The notes under the pieces are model-generated. The model was not told the origin of the DNA and made no database searches. It saw only the letters and a program-made list of their open reading frames with translations. The translations under genes were made by a program, and so were the position numbers. A stretch of DNA of 37,856 nt, counting the filler. It is 12 parts of 12 records of this genome, joined end to end, with 100 filler letters (N's around TTAATTAATTAA, not from the genome) between each part and the next. Parts side by side here need not be neighbours in the genome. Positions count along the whole stretch, not along the records: positions 11,091 to 13,120 come from SRR9188676_3663; positions 13,221 to 15,299 come from SRR9188676_3666; positions 15,400 to 17,821 come from SRR9188676_3668; positions 17,922 to 21,359 come from SRR9188676_3675; positions 21,460 to 24,667 come from SRR9188676_3680; 7 more parts are not named here. One strand, 5' to 3'. This document shows, piece after piece, positions 12,623 through 22,732 of this stretch. Position 1 is the first letter of the stretch. Each line of letters begins with the position of its first letter.

Positions 12623-13120
12623 ATGAAAGGAAAATGATCATCGATTTATGCTCCGATATGACAATGTCAATGTCTGTAACTGCAAAGAGACGTATAGAAT
12701 GACAATGAAATGTCGCCTTTTGAACGGTTGAAAGTGAATTGTCTGACTTTTCAAAGCATTCCAGTCAGGATAATCAAGCTTCGTCGCAAGGCTTTCAGCA
12801 CCATTCCATTGAAAAAAACGCCACCATTATGTTTCGGAAAAGACGAGAATAAAAAATAGGCGAGGAGAGCAAGAATTTCCGACTAACCTTCAGCTGATTC
12901 GAAGTGATTTTTTGGTTCCCCTGCTTGTCTAATGGATCCACTAATGACCCAGTTCCTTCTACGACCCCATATGACCCACTAATGACCCCATATGAATTGT
13001 ATACACTGGACATTTTACAATTCACTTTTCCCCTCCAAATTTAAAAGTCAAAATAAAATCCGATAAAATGACTGACGGTCCTCGGAGAGCCCTAGGTCCG
13101 GGCAACATACCGAGGTGCCG

Positions 13121-13220
13121 NNNNNNNNNNNNNNNNNNNNNNNNNNNNNNNNNNNNNNNNNNNNTTAATTAATTAANNNNNNNNNNNNNNNNNNNNNNNN
13201 NNNNNNNNNNNNNNNNNNNN
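13121..13220. other. Artificial contig-joining spacer
   Basis: N44-TTAATTAATTAA-N44. Confidence 0.99.
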
Positions 13221-13434
13221 GTGTGTGTGTTCGTGTGTGTGTGTGTGGACCAGTGACGTTGGCAACATCATGCACATCCTCAAGAACACACATAATATAT
13301 TCTTCGATTATTTATCTTGATCATGTTCAGATAATATATATTGGGCATTTTACCTAGCATGGGCTTATTTATATATATATATATCTATATCTCACGCCCT
13401 CACTGTCTGCCTGCTTGTATGTTTTGTGCTGCAG

Positions 13435-14730
13435 AGCCGGAAGTGGAAGGAGGAGGCCGAGAAGGCAAAGAGCCGAACGGGTGCGGAGTGGAGCCGAAGC
13501 GTGACCATCCCTCGGGACCCCGTACTGGGCCGCAACAGGGGGGGTCCACCCAACTCAATCAAGGCGCTGCAGATGCCGTTCCACCCCAAGAAACCCTCTG
13601 GCAGTGGTACTGGGACCGGGTCCGGCACTAATCGCACCAATAATGGTGATGATCTGGCTAGCACTAGCCAAGTTATGTCTGAGAGGTCATCGCACTCCCC
13701 GTCGCTATCGCTAAACAACTCTGCGAGAATCCCCCGACGCGATCACACCCTCACACATACCCTCACGCATACCACCATACAGCAATCGCCATCCCAGCAG
13801 CACACCAACGGCTCTCAGTCACCATCATCATTACCATCACCATCTCCGGGTCCTGTGCATACAGCCACACATCAGGAAGCGTATGATCAGGAGTACCCCT
13901 CATCTTACCCTGACACGCGGACTTACGACACATCACAGAGTACACCTGGCCAGTACGTGAGTCCTCAAGATGATCCCACAGAGGCACATGACCTGTACCC
14001 CTATCCTGACTCTGGCCGGTACCCCCACTCGGACAACAATCATCACGGCTCACTCCCCTTGCATGAGGATGACCATAACCACATCGCCATGATGATGCAC
14101 CACCAGAATGAACAGTCCGATGCTGCCCAATCCTATCTGCAGCAGCAATCACAACTTTATGATCATTCCTCTCTGGAACAGACTACATACACGCACACAC
14201 AGACGCAGAATGGGTATGGTGAAGCTAACGAGCACTTCGCTCCTGCCAAATACATAGACTTTGAAAATGTGTCCGTGGAACATAGCCCGATTCAAACAAC
14301 CCCAGGCTCCCTCGAATCGGTACAAAATGTAGGTTCCAATGGCCAGCAATTACCACAAGAAGTCATGGATCCCAACTTGCTTGTTGCATCCAGCTCTAAC
14401 CCATATCAGCACGCGCTACTCGCTGGGAACATTTCGCCCATTCCTGGGGGCGGCACCCCCCCTATGTATACCAACCCCCCTATGTATTCAACCCCCCTAG
14501 GCACCAATGCCCCCCCTCAGGGCGCGGCAGTACTGGTGCGCTCGCGATCAGACTCGACTGCATCCTCCATCCCCAGCCAGGTGACATTCCGCAGTGCCAA
14601 GGGCATGGTGCCGCCCCGAGGGTCGCTGACTACACCCGAGGAGCCGAAGCTGAAGCAGCGGGCGCCATCAGTCAGGTCCCTGCGCAAGCCCGTCAGCCCC
14701 ATGCTCTCTCTCGATGGCCTCTGTTCATAA
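13435..14730 (+). CDS. Large exon of an unknown, mostly disordered S/P/Q/H-rich protein (5'-partial)
   Basis: Pyrimidine tract and TGCAG acceptor at 13434 open a ~430-codon frame ending in TAA. No domain recognised. Confidence 0.65.
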   Translation, partial: SRKWKEEAEKAKSRTGAEWSRSVTIPRDPVLGRNRGGPPNSIKALQMPFHPKKPSGSGTGTGSGTNRTNNGDDLASTSQVMSERSSHSPSLSLNNSARIPRRDHTLTHTLTHTTIQQSPSQQHTNGSQSPSSLPSPSPGPVHTATHQEAYDQEYPSSYPDTRTYDTSQSTPGQYVSPQDDPTEAHDLYPYPDSGRYPHSDNNHHGSLPLHEDDHNHIAMMMHHQNEQSDAAQSYLQQQSQLYDHSSLEQTTYTHTQTQNGYGEANEHFAPAKYIDFENVSVEHSPIQTTPGSLESVQNVGSNGQQLPQEVMDPNLLVASSSNPYQHALLAGNISPIPGGGTPPMYTNPPMYSTPLGTNAPPQGAAVLVRSRSDSTASSIPSQVTFRSAKGMVPPRGSLTTPEEPKLKQRAPSVRSLRKPVSPMLSLDGLCS

Positions 14731-15299
14731 CTCTGGTCTTTCCTTCTCTCGTCATCGACTTGATCTCGAACTCTATTTTTTCGGATTATTTTTCTCCGTA
14801 CCTACCTTCCTCCCTAGACTACCTCCCCTCCCCTCCTTGCTTACCTGCTCGGAATTTGGTATTTCACACCAACCCGATTCACCAGTCGACTTTTCGCGCT
14901 GAGAACTTTCTCTTCCTCCTCCCTCAAATAAACCGTAGTAAGTAAGCTCCTAAGACACAACACCTTGGTTCAGTTGAATTTTGTAGAATAAGAAGACTCA
15001 TCAGAACTCGAGACAAGAACTCCAAGAACCTCGAAAGAACCTCCATCGTTCCATTGCAAAATGAAATGAACACGCGCATTGTGACTCTTAGGTGGTGCTT
15101 GTAAGGGCTCCCTGCCTGCTGACCTATCGGTTGTAGTACCCTTCTGTGCAATCGACGTCTCGCGAGGCCGCATCTCTTGCGAGGTTTCAGACTGGTGAGA
15201 AGATTGATATGAGAGATTCCTGCCTCTGCGTGGGAAAATTGCCTCAAACTCCATGAAAAACGTGGAAAAACGAGCTGAAACATTTTCCTCTCATCGACA

Positions 15300-15399
15300 N
15301 NNNNNNNNNNNNNNNNNNNNNNNNNNNNNNNNNNNNNNNNNNNTTAATTAATTAANNNNNNNNNNNNNNNNNNNNNNNNNNNNNNNNNNNNNNNNNNNN
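15300..15399. other. Artificial contig-joining spacer
   Basis: N44-TTAATTAATTAA-N44. Confidence 0.99.
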
Positions 15400-15419
15400 A
15401 GAAAGAGAGAGATCCTTAC

Positions 15420-16431
15420 TTGATGTTCATACTCCATGTGCAGCAAATCATATTCGCGGCGAGTGTTGAAGTTCTTTTCGCGAAGATCCACAAGCTCCTT
15501 ATAGGCAGAGCAAACAAGATACACAATGAAATCAGATTCAGAAGGAATGGGAAAGTCATGCTGCCTGATTCACTTCGCAAGGTTTTCAATCCATAGGTGA
15601 AACCTCATTTCGCATAACTATGAGCATTGTACAAAGTTTCAAGAAGAACGTAGGACGATTCTCACAGTTGGATAGACGATATTTAGCAGTGCATATTCAC
15701 AGTGTTGCTAAATAAAGCTGTTGTTTTTTCAGGAAAGGTGAAGCTAGGATAAATTATAACCAATGTTGGAATGACGTCAGTAACGAGAATGGCTAATCTA
15801 GGCAGTTCTATTAGGTGCCGAGTACTCCTGCACTGGAAAGAAAGTACCTCCTCTAATGCGCGGCATTGCTCCCGTAGCGGCCCTTCTAGTTCTTCAATGA
15901 GACGCACGCGGAGCAGATCGAACTCCCTACAGAGGACAGTGAGACATTGCAGCGAATACCGATGACATCAAGCTGAACATTGCAATGAATAGCTCATAAC
16001 AGAGACATTGCAATTGAATGAACAGTATTCAAAATACCTTGCAGGAATAAGTTGCTTTCGGATTTCGTCGAATTCTTTGGTTTTAACTTCCAGTTGTCTT
16101 TGCCAGATTCGAAAAAGCTCGGAATGCTTTGACTCTAAAGCTGCCTGTGATATGATGCCGTTTTTCAGTAACAATCACAACTAAAAGAATAAGAAGTATG
16201 TATTTGACCTTGTCATCATTAGATTGTTGGAGTTGCTTGTATAAGTCTGAAACCTTTGCTTGCAACTGCAAGTGATTCGATGAGTTTTCGAAACAAGTCG
16301 TGAAGATGGCGAAATGAGGCGCGAATTGTCAGGAAACTGGTACATACCAATGAGAAGTTCTTCTGGTATGTGTCATTTTCTTGCTGAAGCTCCTCTAGAT
16401 GTCGCAATAAGCTCGCTTCTGAGCCTGCCAT
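15420..16431 (-). CDS. CEP83: Centriolar distal-appendage coiled-coil protein CEP83/CCDC41-like, 3'-truncated; exons 16431-16348, 16265-16209, 16144-16037, 15926-15848, 15497-15420
   Basis: Spliced LIPAR|EFDLLRVRLIEELEGPLREQCRALEE|ELVDLREKNFNTRREYDLLHMEYEHQ resembles the conserved CEP83 block as I recall it ([46 protein letters not shown]). Confidence 0.75.
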
Positions 16432-16619
16432 AATGCGAGCCGTTGATTCGAAATTGAACCAATGGACGCAAGGTTTCGATATTTGCCGAGTGGACGCGAA
16501 ATTTGAAAACAACGGTTTCGAAAAATGAGCGATTGGGTGCGAGTAAACACTCTTGACTAAAACCAACTTTCACTTTCTCCTGCTAAAACAAGTGGACCGA
16601 AAAAGTGTCGAATCTAATC

Positions 16620-17457
16620 ATGGATACAACTACGATTGCCTTAATTGCTTCGATAGCCACTATTGTGCTCTCGCTGGTATACTTGCTGCGTCCGAAATCG
16701 CAGGAACCGACTGCTTCGAAAAAGGAGCAAGAAACTAATGTGAATGCGAAGTCATCGACTTCCTCCGCGGCTTCGAAGGCAAAGGTACCTGCTGCGAACA
16801 AATCTGCTGCCAAGAGCAACGCTGGTTCCCATCATCTGATGGTGACGTCCCTCAAGGGAGCGCTGGATGAGATCACAGCCGTGGCTGTCACACCCAATGG
16901 CCAGCAAATTGCTTATTCGTCGCGTGATCGCACTATTCGCATCACCACTGTAGAGCCCGGCTTCAAGAACCCTAAGAACAAGAAGTTGCCGACGGAAATG
17001 GCGGGGAAAAGCGCGGGTGTCAGCTACCCTGATTTTGCCACTGCTCTCTCTTTTAATGCCGATGGAACTCGGCTTATGGCGTGCCTCAATGACTCCAAGG
17101 CCGTGCGTGTGTATGATGTTGCTGCAGGAAAGCCGCTCTTCGACTCCTTCCGCTCTCATGAATCCACTCCTGTTTGGTACGGATCCATCTCGCATCGTCA
17201 TTCTTCTTCTCGTGGGCTTCATCAGAGCTCTGTCATTCAGACTGCAAACAGCAGGAATAATATAATTCTCAACTTTAAAAACTAGCTCTTTCTGGACTCG
17301 ATTATTTCGGAGAGCTGCTTTTGTATCTGCCCGAAATTATATGTTCTCAACCGTATCTGATATTTTGCGTAGGTGTGGCATGTCTTCTGATGGTCGATTC
17401 GGTCTCTCTCTTGCCGAAGTGTGTGAAAGCAAGAGTGATAGCCTGCACGATCTGAAG
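16620..17457 (+). CDS. TBL2: Transducin beta-like 2 (N-terminal TM anchor + WD40), 3'-truncated; exons 16620-17176, 17373-17457
   Basis: N-terminal hydrophobic helix (IALIASIATIVLSLVYLL), a K/A/S-rich linker, then HHLMVTSLKGALDEITAVAVTPNGQQIAYSSRDRTIRI and DFATALSFNADG WD repeats, which is the TBL2 architecture. Confidence 0.75.
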
Positions 17458-17821
17458 GTTCGTAACTTTGAATTGTATCATGCTGAGGCTGGTTACAAGA
17501 GCACCAAAGCACATGAAGTTATGAGATTCTATCCACCGATGAGCTGCGAATGAAATTCAGAACCATTCACATTCACATAAGAGATTGAACGGATGATAAT
17601 CTATCTATCCTTGCTGAAGTTGTGAACGTAAGAGCGAACATCCAGGATTTGAAGCTGAGTAGAACTCGTATTGTCAATTATCGATGATTCTTAAACGATC
17701 ACCAGAGATACGTGAAGTCCTGAGCCACCCACATTGTGTGATGCAGTGAGCCCGTCCCTCACGCTGTACAGTCAACTGCACAGGGTCCTCACCTGCATTC
17801 TCCATTCGGTTGGGAAGAGAA

Positions 17822-17921
17822 NNNNNNNNNNNNNNNNNNNNNNNNNNNNNNNNNNNNNNNNNNNNTTAATTAATTAANNNNNNNNNNNNNNNNNNNNNNN
17901 NNNNNNNNNNNNNNNNNNNNN
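17822..17921. other. Artificial contig-joining spacer
   Basis: N44-TTAATTAATTAA-N44. Confidence 0.99.
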
Positions 17922-20800
17922 TATCATGGCTACCCGAATTGCTACTTGGTAAGCAGATGCACACAAAATCATCGTATAGAGTTGATCTGCTTAGAACCGC
18001 TCTTCGCTGGTCCCGCTGATATATTGTGCAACATATTCAGATGGAGATACATTCACTTCCGAGATCCGCTGTCCTTTATCGTCGCAGATACCTCTACTTG
18101 CTCCGTCACATGGGCAAACAAAATTTATGCTCGTGCGGGGACGTCAAGTTACTTTAGGTCGCTTCTGGATCGAATTTCAGGTCGAAAATTCTCCATATGC
18201 CATCGAGCATAGAATGACCTCTACTCTCCACTCAAAAATACCCTCAGCTGACCGCCTCGGGCTCTTTTCTTTCGTCTCGAGCATCCTGGCTTTCCTTTCG
18301 GGCAGATGTAGTAATAAATATTGTGTTTTTGTGTATGCGTTGTAGGTGAAGGCATGTCCGAATGACTGCAGCCAGCACGGCGTGTGTAACAACCAGACTG
18401 GGGAATGTGCATGCAACATACACTATGCGAGCCAGGACTGTAGTGCATGTGACACGGGGTGCACTGGCTACCCTCTCTGCTACGAGGTGAGCACATGCAT
18501 GGAGATGGCTTTCTCTTTTTACAGTATAAAATCATGTATGATATGTAGGCTAAATTCCCCCTACTGGAGTAGACCGAGAGATTTGCCTATATGCCCTAGC
18601 ATTCTCACGAACACAGATTACAAGGACACATAAATTTCTTTTAACCCGTTGGTCTGTTCATCATACTTGTGTCATTTCGATGGAAGATGCACACCGTAGC
18701 TCGTTTCATCCATTCTTGTTCTTGTGTAATCTAAAGAAAAGCACAACTTGTTGAGAGAGTGGAGAGTCTGAATGTGTCCTCGAGAGGTGGAATGTCTTGA
18801 TTATGACATACTTGTGCACACCAAGTCCATGGGCTATGTGTAGAACACGCAAACTCGCTGCAGAATACTACCTTCAACTCTTCCGTCTACCCTGACCTTT
18901 TCAATCTCCCCAAGTGACCATACAGGTCTGAATGTGTGAATAAAAACCGCGTAGTTTATTTATGGTGATGTTAGATGATAAAATTAATGCTTCATTCTTG
19001 TGTTTAGCTAGTGCAAATCATTGTCTTGCCGTCGCCGTGCATTCATGCATTGCTTTTCCTTGCTTGCTTGCACGTAGATTCTGTCGTGCCCTAGCGATTG
19101 CAGCACACACGGCACATGCGATGACAGGACGGGTGTGTGTGGCTGTGATACTGCATACTCAGGGCCTGACTGTGCGTCATGCCAATCGGGCTATCATGGC
19201 TACCCCGACTGCTACCTGGTACGTAACATAGAACTAGATCATTCAATCTTTGAATTTTTGTCGGACGGCCATGTCTCACACGGCCTGGTACAGGCTTGGG
19301 GACACCATGCTTCAACTAAGAATATGATATGTATAGAACCATGGATATCCCTGTGAATGTGAGCACCCCACATACACACACACCGACGTAACAGGGAGAA
19401 TTCCTCATACACTTCTAGGGAAAGCTGTTCATCTGCGGTTATTGAACTGCCCGTGAGAACCGCAGTTGTTGGGGTACGACCTCACCTACACCTAGCATAA
19501 ACCTAGAGCATAGACATTCACACACAGAGAGAGAAGATAAATAATGTTATGATAGGGTGTTACAGCCTGAATTTCCTCTATGGGTACTCTAAGATCACAA
19601 CCAACAAACTTCGATCATCCACTAGCTCGAGACAGGCCCACTCGTGAAGACCATACATGAAATGAAGACATCTATACTATATATAGACTAGATTATCGTC
19701 ATTCTTTCAGCATGTTCTATCCACTACCGTATTTCCACGGAATAACCGCGTTCGCTTATTTCGCGAACGGCTGAAGCATCTCCGCGCACTCAAATGAACC
19801 GTACACGCGAGGTCAATGTGCAAACAATTCTAGACTTCGCGGATATTTCGGGTGTGTGGTTCTCCCGTGAAAGTACGGTAACTTATTTGTTTCTCTATTT
19901 CATCTATCCTTCACAACGGATAGTAACATATATAGGCTTGCTTGAATAAACCAAAACCTGATGTTGTGCCTGATGTTGTGAATTCCAGGTAAAATCCTGC
20001 CCTCGGGACTGCACTGGGCATGGCACATGCGATGACAAGACAGGTGTGTGTACATGCACGACAGGCTATACGGGTACAGTATGCATGCAATGTGACACTG
20101 GCTATGAGCAAGATAGCGATTCCTCCTGTAGACTCACCGGTACGTGAGGCAGACCTCCTTATCATTCAGTCATAAGCATCCGATGTATCAAACATATTTT
20201 TTGATGTCTTTATGTCTTAGTCGCGCCAGATCTATTGCATACTCTGGCTTGCTGTAGCTGGAACGTTCCACCTCGACTCTCTCTTCCTCAATCTTTCCCG
20301 TAGACCTTCCAGCTCAAGGTTGTTGCCACCTATTTAGGATGATTCAGTGACTTATTGAGCTTATTTATTTATATGTATGTAGGTATGTATTGTGTCGTAT
20401 GGTTATCACTATTGATTTCACACGATTAGACAATATAGCGTGGGACCAGGTAACATCTCTGTACCACCTGTCTCCGTGGCTGGATCATCATTTTGAATCC
20501 AAGATAGCATTTGCATCTTCGAGGATGTAACCATTTTTTAACATTTTCCTGTTTTATTCATCGCTCACACATATTATAATCACGATTTCTTGCTACTGTT
20601 GGCATTCCATTTTGTTGTATCTTGCTGGATTTTGCTGTAACAGAATCTGGCGAGCATACGAACGGCAATAGCACGAACACGGACAGCAGTGGGGGCAGTG
20701 GAGACAGTGGTGGCAGTGTGGGCACAGGCGCAGCGGCTGGCATAGCTGCTGGCGTCGTGGTGCCTGCCATGGCTGGTGCTGCTTTCTGGCTACGCAGAAG
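17922..20800 (+). CDS. Partial type-I membrane protein with tandem EGF/laminin-EGF-like repeats; exons <17922-17948, 18346-18486, 19078-19218, 19989-20139, 20644-20800
   Basis: Each exon encodes one repeat of the form CPxDCSxHGxCDxxTGxCxCxxxYxGxDCxxCxxGYxGYPxCY. The last exon encodes an S/G-rich stalk, a TM segment (GAAAGIAAGVVVPAMAGAAFWL) and an RRR stop-transfer. Splice phases are consistent. Confidence 0.85.
19727..19878. mobile_element. 152-bp MITE with CCGTA terminal inverted repeats and TA target-site duplication (Tc1/mariner superfamily, pogo/Tc2-like), intronic
   Basis: The left end TA|CCGTATTTCCACGGAATAACC and the right end GGTTCTCCCGTGAAAGTACGG|TA are imperfect reverse complements. 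A related copy is at 21301. Confidence 0.75.
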
Positions 20801-21049
20801 GTATAACATGTTCGCTAAGCTTATTATAGACAGAATAGATTTACACACAGGGATAGGGAAGATAACATGTTAGCCAGGATCTGAGAGACAGAATAGATTT
20901 ACAGTCAGTGGAACAGGTGCAGCGGCTGGTATAGCTGCTGGCGTCGTGGTGCCTGCTATGGGGCTGGGGCTGCTTTCTGGTTACGCAGAAGGTATAACAT
21001 GTTAGCTCAGGCTTTGAAGAACAGATTTACACACTGGGACAGGCGCAGG
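20718..21049 (+). repeat. Local tandem duplication of the TM-coding exon segment and its splice donor
   Basis: 20718-20812 is nearly identical to 20908-21003, including GCAGAAG|GTATAACATGTT. The motif AGATTTACA recurs, and a third partial copy lies near 21022-21049. Confidence 0.85.
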
Positions 21050-21302
21050 GAAGGCTTTCATCTGATGCCTTGACCTGTCGAATGGGAACCAAGCGAAGGA
21101 TATTACTCTCATCACTTCTTTCAATACCGCCGCTGATGCTCTGAGCGTCAGCAATTCGTCAGCAAGATGAACCGATACCAGGTTTCTCACTAGTGTACGA
21201 CAGTCGGGTCAGTACTCATGTAATCGAGCCAGATATTCGTGCCACCTCTGCACAGGTGTACGACAATCGGGCCAGGTGATTCACTTCATTGGGAGCTAAG
21301 TA

Positions 21303-21359
21303 CCGTATTTTCACGTAATAACCGCGCGCATTTCGCGAGCGGTCGAAATAACCGCGCAC
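21303..21359. mobile_element. Left end of a second copy of the CCGTA-TIR MITE/transposon, cut by contig end
   Basis: TA|CCGTATTTTCACGTAATAACCGCG..ATTTCGCGAGCGG..CCGCGCAC aligns with 19727-19790. Confidence 0.7.
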
Positions 21360-21459
21360 NNNNNNNNNNNNNNNNNNNNNNNNNNNNNNNNNNNNNNNNN
21401 NNNTTAATTAATTAANNNNNNNNNNNNNNNNNNNNNNNNNNNNNNNNNNNNNNNNNNNN
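21360..21459. other. Artificial contig-joining spacer
   Basis: N44-TTAATTAATTAA-N44. Confidence 0.99.
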
Positions 21460-21534
21460 AGACTTACAGTCATTTTAAAGTACTAATAGAAAAGAAAAAG
21501 AAAAAAAGAATACAAGAAGGAAACGGAATGGGGT

Positions 21535-22557
21535 TCATACCGAGTGAACGCGTGCTGTGATGTCATTAAAGGATGGGCGCTTGGCGGGATTCGAATCCCA
21601 GCAATCCTCAAGCAGAAGACGCAGTTGAACACATTCTGGTTTGTCGCTGGCACCAGATTTCATCAGCTCCTCGATTGTAGGTAGTGGAGGGCGACTGCCA
21701 GAAACGACAAGGTTGTGGATCGTTACCTCATCATACGCATGCCAAGGAGCTCGACGGGACAAGATTTCCCACAGAATGATTCCAAAGCTGTACACATCGC
21801 ATTTTTCGGTGAATACTGTTTTTCTCTTGTTCTTTGTCGATGCAAGTAGCTCCGGTGCCATCCACTGAAGTGTGCCTCCGCCATAATATTCAGGATCCTT
21901 GATCTTGGAGAGACCAAAGTCGCATATATGGGGGACAAATTCATTATCCAACAAAACATTCAGGCTTTTCAAATCGCGATGTTGGATTTGTGGGTTTTGT
22001 TGATACAAGTACTGCATTCCTTCCGTCACACCAACAATCATCTTCATCCGAAGCCTCCAAGTTAAAGGGGTGTCGGATTTGTGAAGAACATCAAAGAGAG
22101 AGCCTCGGCATAGGTACGGCATGATCATCCATTGATGGGAGGCGTTCAGGCAGACGCCGACCATCGGAACAATGTTCTTATGCTCTAACTTGAGCATGAT
22201 CTTGATTTCATTCTGGAGGAGGGCGATGTGGCGAGGATCTGGTGTCTTGATCCTTTTCATTGCTATTTTCCGGCCGTTTTTGGTTTGCCCATTTTTCCAA
22301 AGCCCGAGAATGACATCACAGAATGCACCGGAAGCAATTGGATCTTGCAAAACAAGCTCATCAAAAGGAATTAAGCCATTTTGTCTGCTAATTAGAGTTA
22401 GGAGCTCCTTGGTCACAAGGTCGGTCTCAGCCTCATCATCAACATCATCATCACTGCAGTCACTGCTGCCCAGGAAGTCATCCTCGCTATAGGTGAGATG
22501 GAGGGATTCAATCTCCGCTTCATCGATGCCTTCTCTTCCAAACAAATCCAGATCCAT
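21535..22557 (-). CDS. Tyrosine-kinase-like (TKL/MAP3K-like) protein kinase, intronless, acidic N-terminus (ATG at 22557)
   Basis: IAMK, HRDLKSLNVLL, DFGLSK, GTLQWMAPE, TEKCDVYSFGIILWE and CWDSNPAKRPSF motifs. Confidence 0.93.
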   Translation of the reverse strand: MDLDLFGREGIDEAEIESLHLTYSEDDFLGSSDCSDDDVDDEAETDLVTKELLTLISRQNGLIPFDELVLQDPIASGAFCDVILGLWKNGQTKNGRKIAMKRIKTPDPRHIALLQNEIKIMLKLEHKNIVPMVGVCLNASHQWMIMPYLCRGSLFDVLHKSDTPLTWRLRMKMIVGVTEGMQYLYQQNPQIQHRDLKSLNVLLDNEFVPHICDFGLSKIKDPEYYGGGTLQWMAPELLASTKNKRKTVFTEKCDVYSFGIILWEILSRRAPWHAYDEVTIHNLVVSGSRPPLPTIEELMKSGASDKPECVQLRLLLEDCWDSNPAKRPSFNDITARVHSV

Positions 22558-22732
22558 TTCCCCCCCTGACTCTCGCCTCAAAAAATTACTTAGAACTTAG
22601 AAATTAGAAGAAAACGAATAGTTGTGACTAGTTTCCACCTCAGGGGGGGTGCGACACCAGCCACTGGAGCCACAACACACAACACGAGCCAAAAAGCGCG
22701 ACGACTTCTCCTCAAAGACTTTTCAAGTCAAG

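Noticed and set aside
21585..21600. GGGATTCGAATCCC resembling a tRNA T-arm
   Set aside because: It lies inside the kinase CDS (CWDSNP) and has no surrounding cloverleaf.
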